A DNA stretch of 51,737 nt, from positions 33,627,155-33,678,891 of the forward strand of contig JBOZIK010000001.1 in NCBI GenBank assembly GCA_051453625.1, read 5' to 3'. The DNA is from Welwitschia mirabilis (taxonomy: Eukaryota). Below the pieces are notes generated by a model, which saw only the letters and a list, made by a program, of their open reading frames with translations, searched no databases and was not told the origin of the DNA. How positions within the stretch are numbered: position 1 is the first letter of the stretch; each line of letters starts with the position of its first letter. Of this stretch, positions 49,928-51,737 are shown one piece after another. The translations under genes were made by a program, and so were the position numbers.

Positions 49928-51200
49928 TAAATAAGGCACTTGATTTCTATTTCTTACTACTCTAAGATATTAGGAATTGTCTAAGCAAAAATCATATTCC
50001 ACTTATTCTTCTTCTATCATATTTAAAACCTATACAATCTGCATCACTATACCCTACAAGATTAAGTGAGGAGTTATTTGAGTATTAAAGGCTCTAATGA
50101 TTAGTATGATTTATGTAATAAAAAGTTATTTTGATAGCTATAAGAATTGATTCTGTTGGATTATTTTGATAATGTGTGAAAATTCCTATATTTAACATAG
50201 TATTATGTTGACTAGCTATAAGGTATAACAAACTACCCATCATATCTCTATATATCTTTTGGTCCACTTTTTTATCATTTTCATCTTTGTTCAATTTGAT
50301 GTTTTGATTAATGAAAGTGTCTTTTGCTTTGTAATCCTATAAACCATATTTAACTATTAAATTTTTAATATATTTATCTTGTGAAATAAATGTACTTTGC
50401 TTACGTTACATAACTTGAAGCCCTAAAAAGTTTTTCATTTCTCCCATAAAAGTCATTTCACATTCATCCTGCATAATCTTAGGAAATTTCTTATAAAAGG
50501 ATTTGTTGGTACCATCAAAAATAATATCATTAACATAAATTTAAATAATAATAAAATGTTTATCATCCTTTCTAATAAATAATATCACATTAGATGTACC
50601 TCTTTTAAATACATTTTTAATTAAATAACCTAATAGTTTTTCATACTAAGCTCATTGATCTTATTTAAGATCATAGAGAGATTTTTTCAGTTTGTATACA
50701 TAATTAGATTTTTATGAGTCAATGCACTCATTCAGTTATTTAACATAAACTTATTCTTAAAGGTTTTCATTAAAAAAAGCACTTTTGACATTCATTTGAT
50801 AAATTTTAAAGTCTTTCATACCAGTATAACTTAGAAGCATTCTTATTGATTCCATATAATTCACTCAAGAAAATGTTTCTTCAAAGTTAATTCCTTCTTA
50901 TTAATTATAACCTTTACTAATCTTACTTTGTTTCTAATAACATTTTCATGTTCATCTATTTTATTTGTGAAAACCACTTAGTACTAATAACTGGTCTATT
51001 AGAGGGTCTTGTATTAAGCTTTCAAAGTTGCATCTTTTAAATTTGATTAAGCTCTTCTTACATAGTAACCATCAAATGTTCATAATTTTCTATTTCTTTA
51101 AAAGTTTTAGGTAACTTGATAGATATAAATAGCATAACCATAAAATCCTCTAGCATGACATATCCTTTGTTTACCTCCATATGGACTTCATATAATAGTG
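49928..51200 (-). pseudogene. pol: Copia RT and RNase H N-terminus relic, truncated by LTR C
   Basis: IYQMNVKSAF, IYVNDII (YVND at 50526-50537), ORF 50094-50294 (VDQKIYRDMMGSLLYLIAS), LVGYSDAD, IS*SSKK*KSSALF ending at the LTR. Confidence 0.92.
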
Positions 51201-51406
51201 CTTATGAAGTAACTCATTTTTAGCCTTATCATTGTTAATGGGTCTTTCTTATTTGATTCTTCTTCCTTTTCTTCCTCACTATCATATTGAACTTAAGATT
51301 GCCTAGNNNNNNNNNNNNNNNNNNNNNNNNNNNNNNNNNNNNNNNNNNNNNNNNNNNNNNNNNNNNNNNNNNNNNNNNNNNNNNNNNNNNNNNNNNNNNN
51401 NNNNNN

Positions 51407-51737
51407 AGTCTCATAGGAAATGATGTCTTAGCTTAATATGCTTGGTTCGCAAGTGCTGAATAGGATTTTTCAATATGTTGATAGTACTAGTGTTGTTATA
51501 GAAAATAGGAACTCATTCAAAGTTGATACCAAAATCCTTTATCATTTCTTTTATCCACAAAAGATGAGTGCAACAATTACCTACTATAATATATGTCACT
51601 TCTGCAATAGAGAGAGAAGTGGAGTTTTGTTTATTACTTATCCATCTTACCAAACATAAGCCTTATAGAAAAAAATTTCCACTTGTACTCTTCTTATCAT
51701 CTTTGCAACTAGCCCAATCCACATCACTAAAACCTGC
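51407..51737 (-). pseudogene. pol: Copia RNase H relic of a separate element
   Basis: AGFSDVDWASCKDDKKSTSG, KQNSTSLSIAE, NCCTHLLWIK, NILKNPIQHLRTKHIKLRHHFL. Confidence 0.92.

Larger units (their letters stand above)
6233..51406. other. Ten assembly gaps: 6233-6809, 16901-17302, 19240-19621, 31183-31959, 36113-36838, 39013-39782, 43809-43818, 44415-44514, 47730-48207, 51307-51406
   Basis: Runs of N. Confidence 0.99.

Noticed and set aside
51438..51659. 73-aa plus-strand ORF
   Set aside because: Antisense shadow of the copia RNase H.

Overview
Very AT-rich, gene-free plant heterochromatin-like DNA made almost entirely of old, nested, heavily decayed LTR retrotransposons, with 10 assembly gaps. 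I found no intact host gene, RNA gene, CRISPR array or intact ORF; the long ORFs in the track are N-gap artefacts. The core is a minus-strand Athila-type Ty3/gypsy element (~20380-42385). It is split by two pol-less (non-autonomous) LTR elements with related internal sequence (23320-28940 on +, ~34009-40845 on -), and its 3' LTR abuts a short-LTR Ty1/copia element (~14750-20379). The flanks hold Sirevirus-like copia pieces from two LTR families, one with GGTCGACC-type motif arrays (1-1007, 48362-49927) and one with AGACGTCT-derived motifs (4471-6162, 43868-45451). There is also a second Athila 5' end (6163-~8250) and further copia pol relics. I see no new biological system. The most interesting items are the reconstructable nesting, the non-autonomous family and the palindromic LTR motif arrays. 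All alignments and translations were done by eye, so boundaries are approximate unless a TG..CA, PBS or PPT landmark is given.
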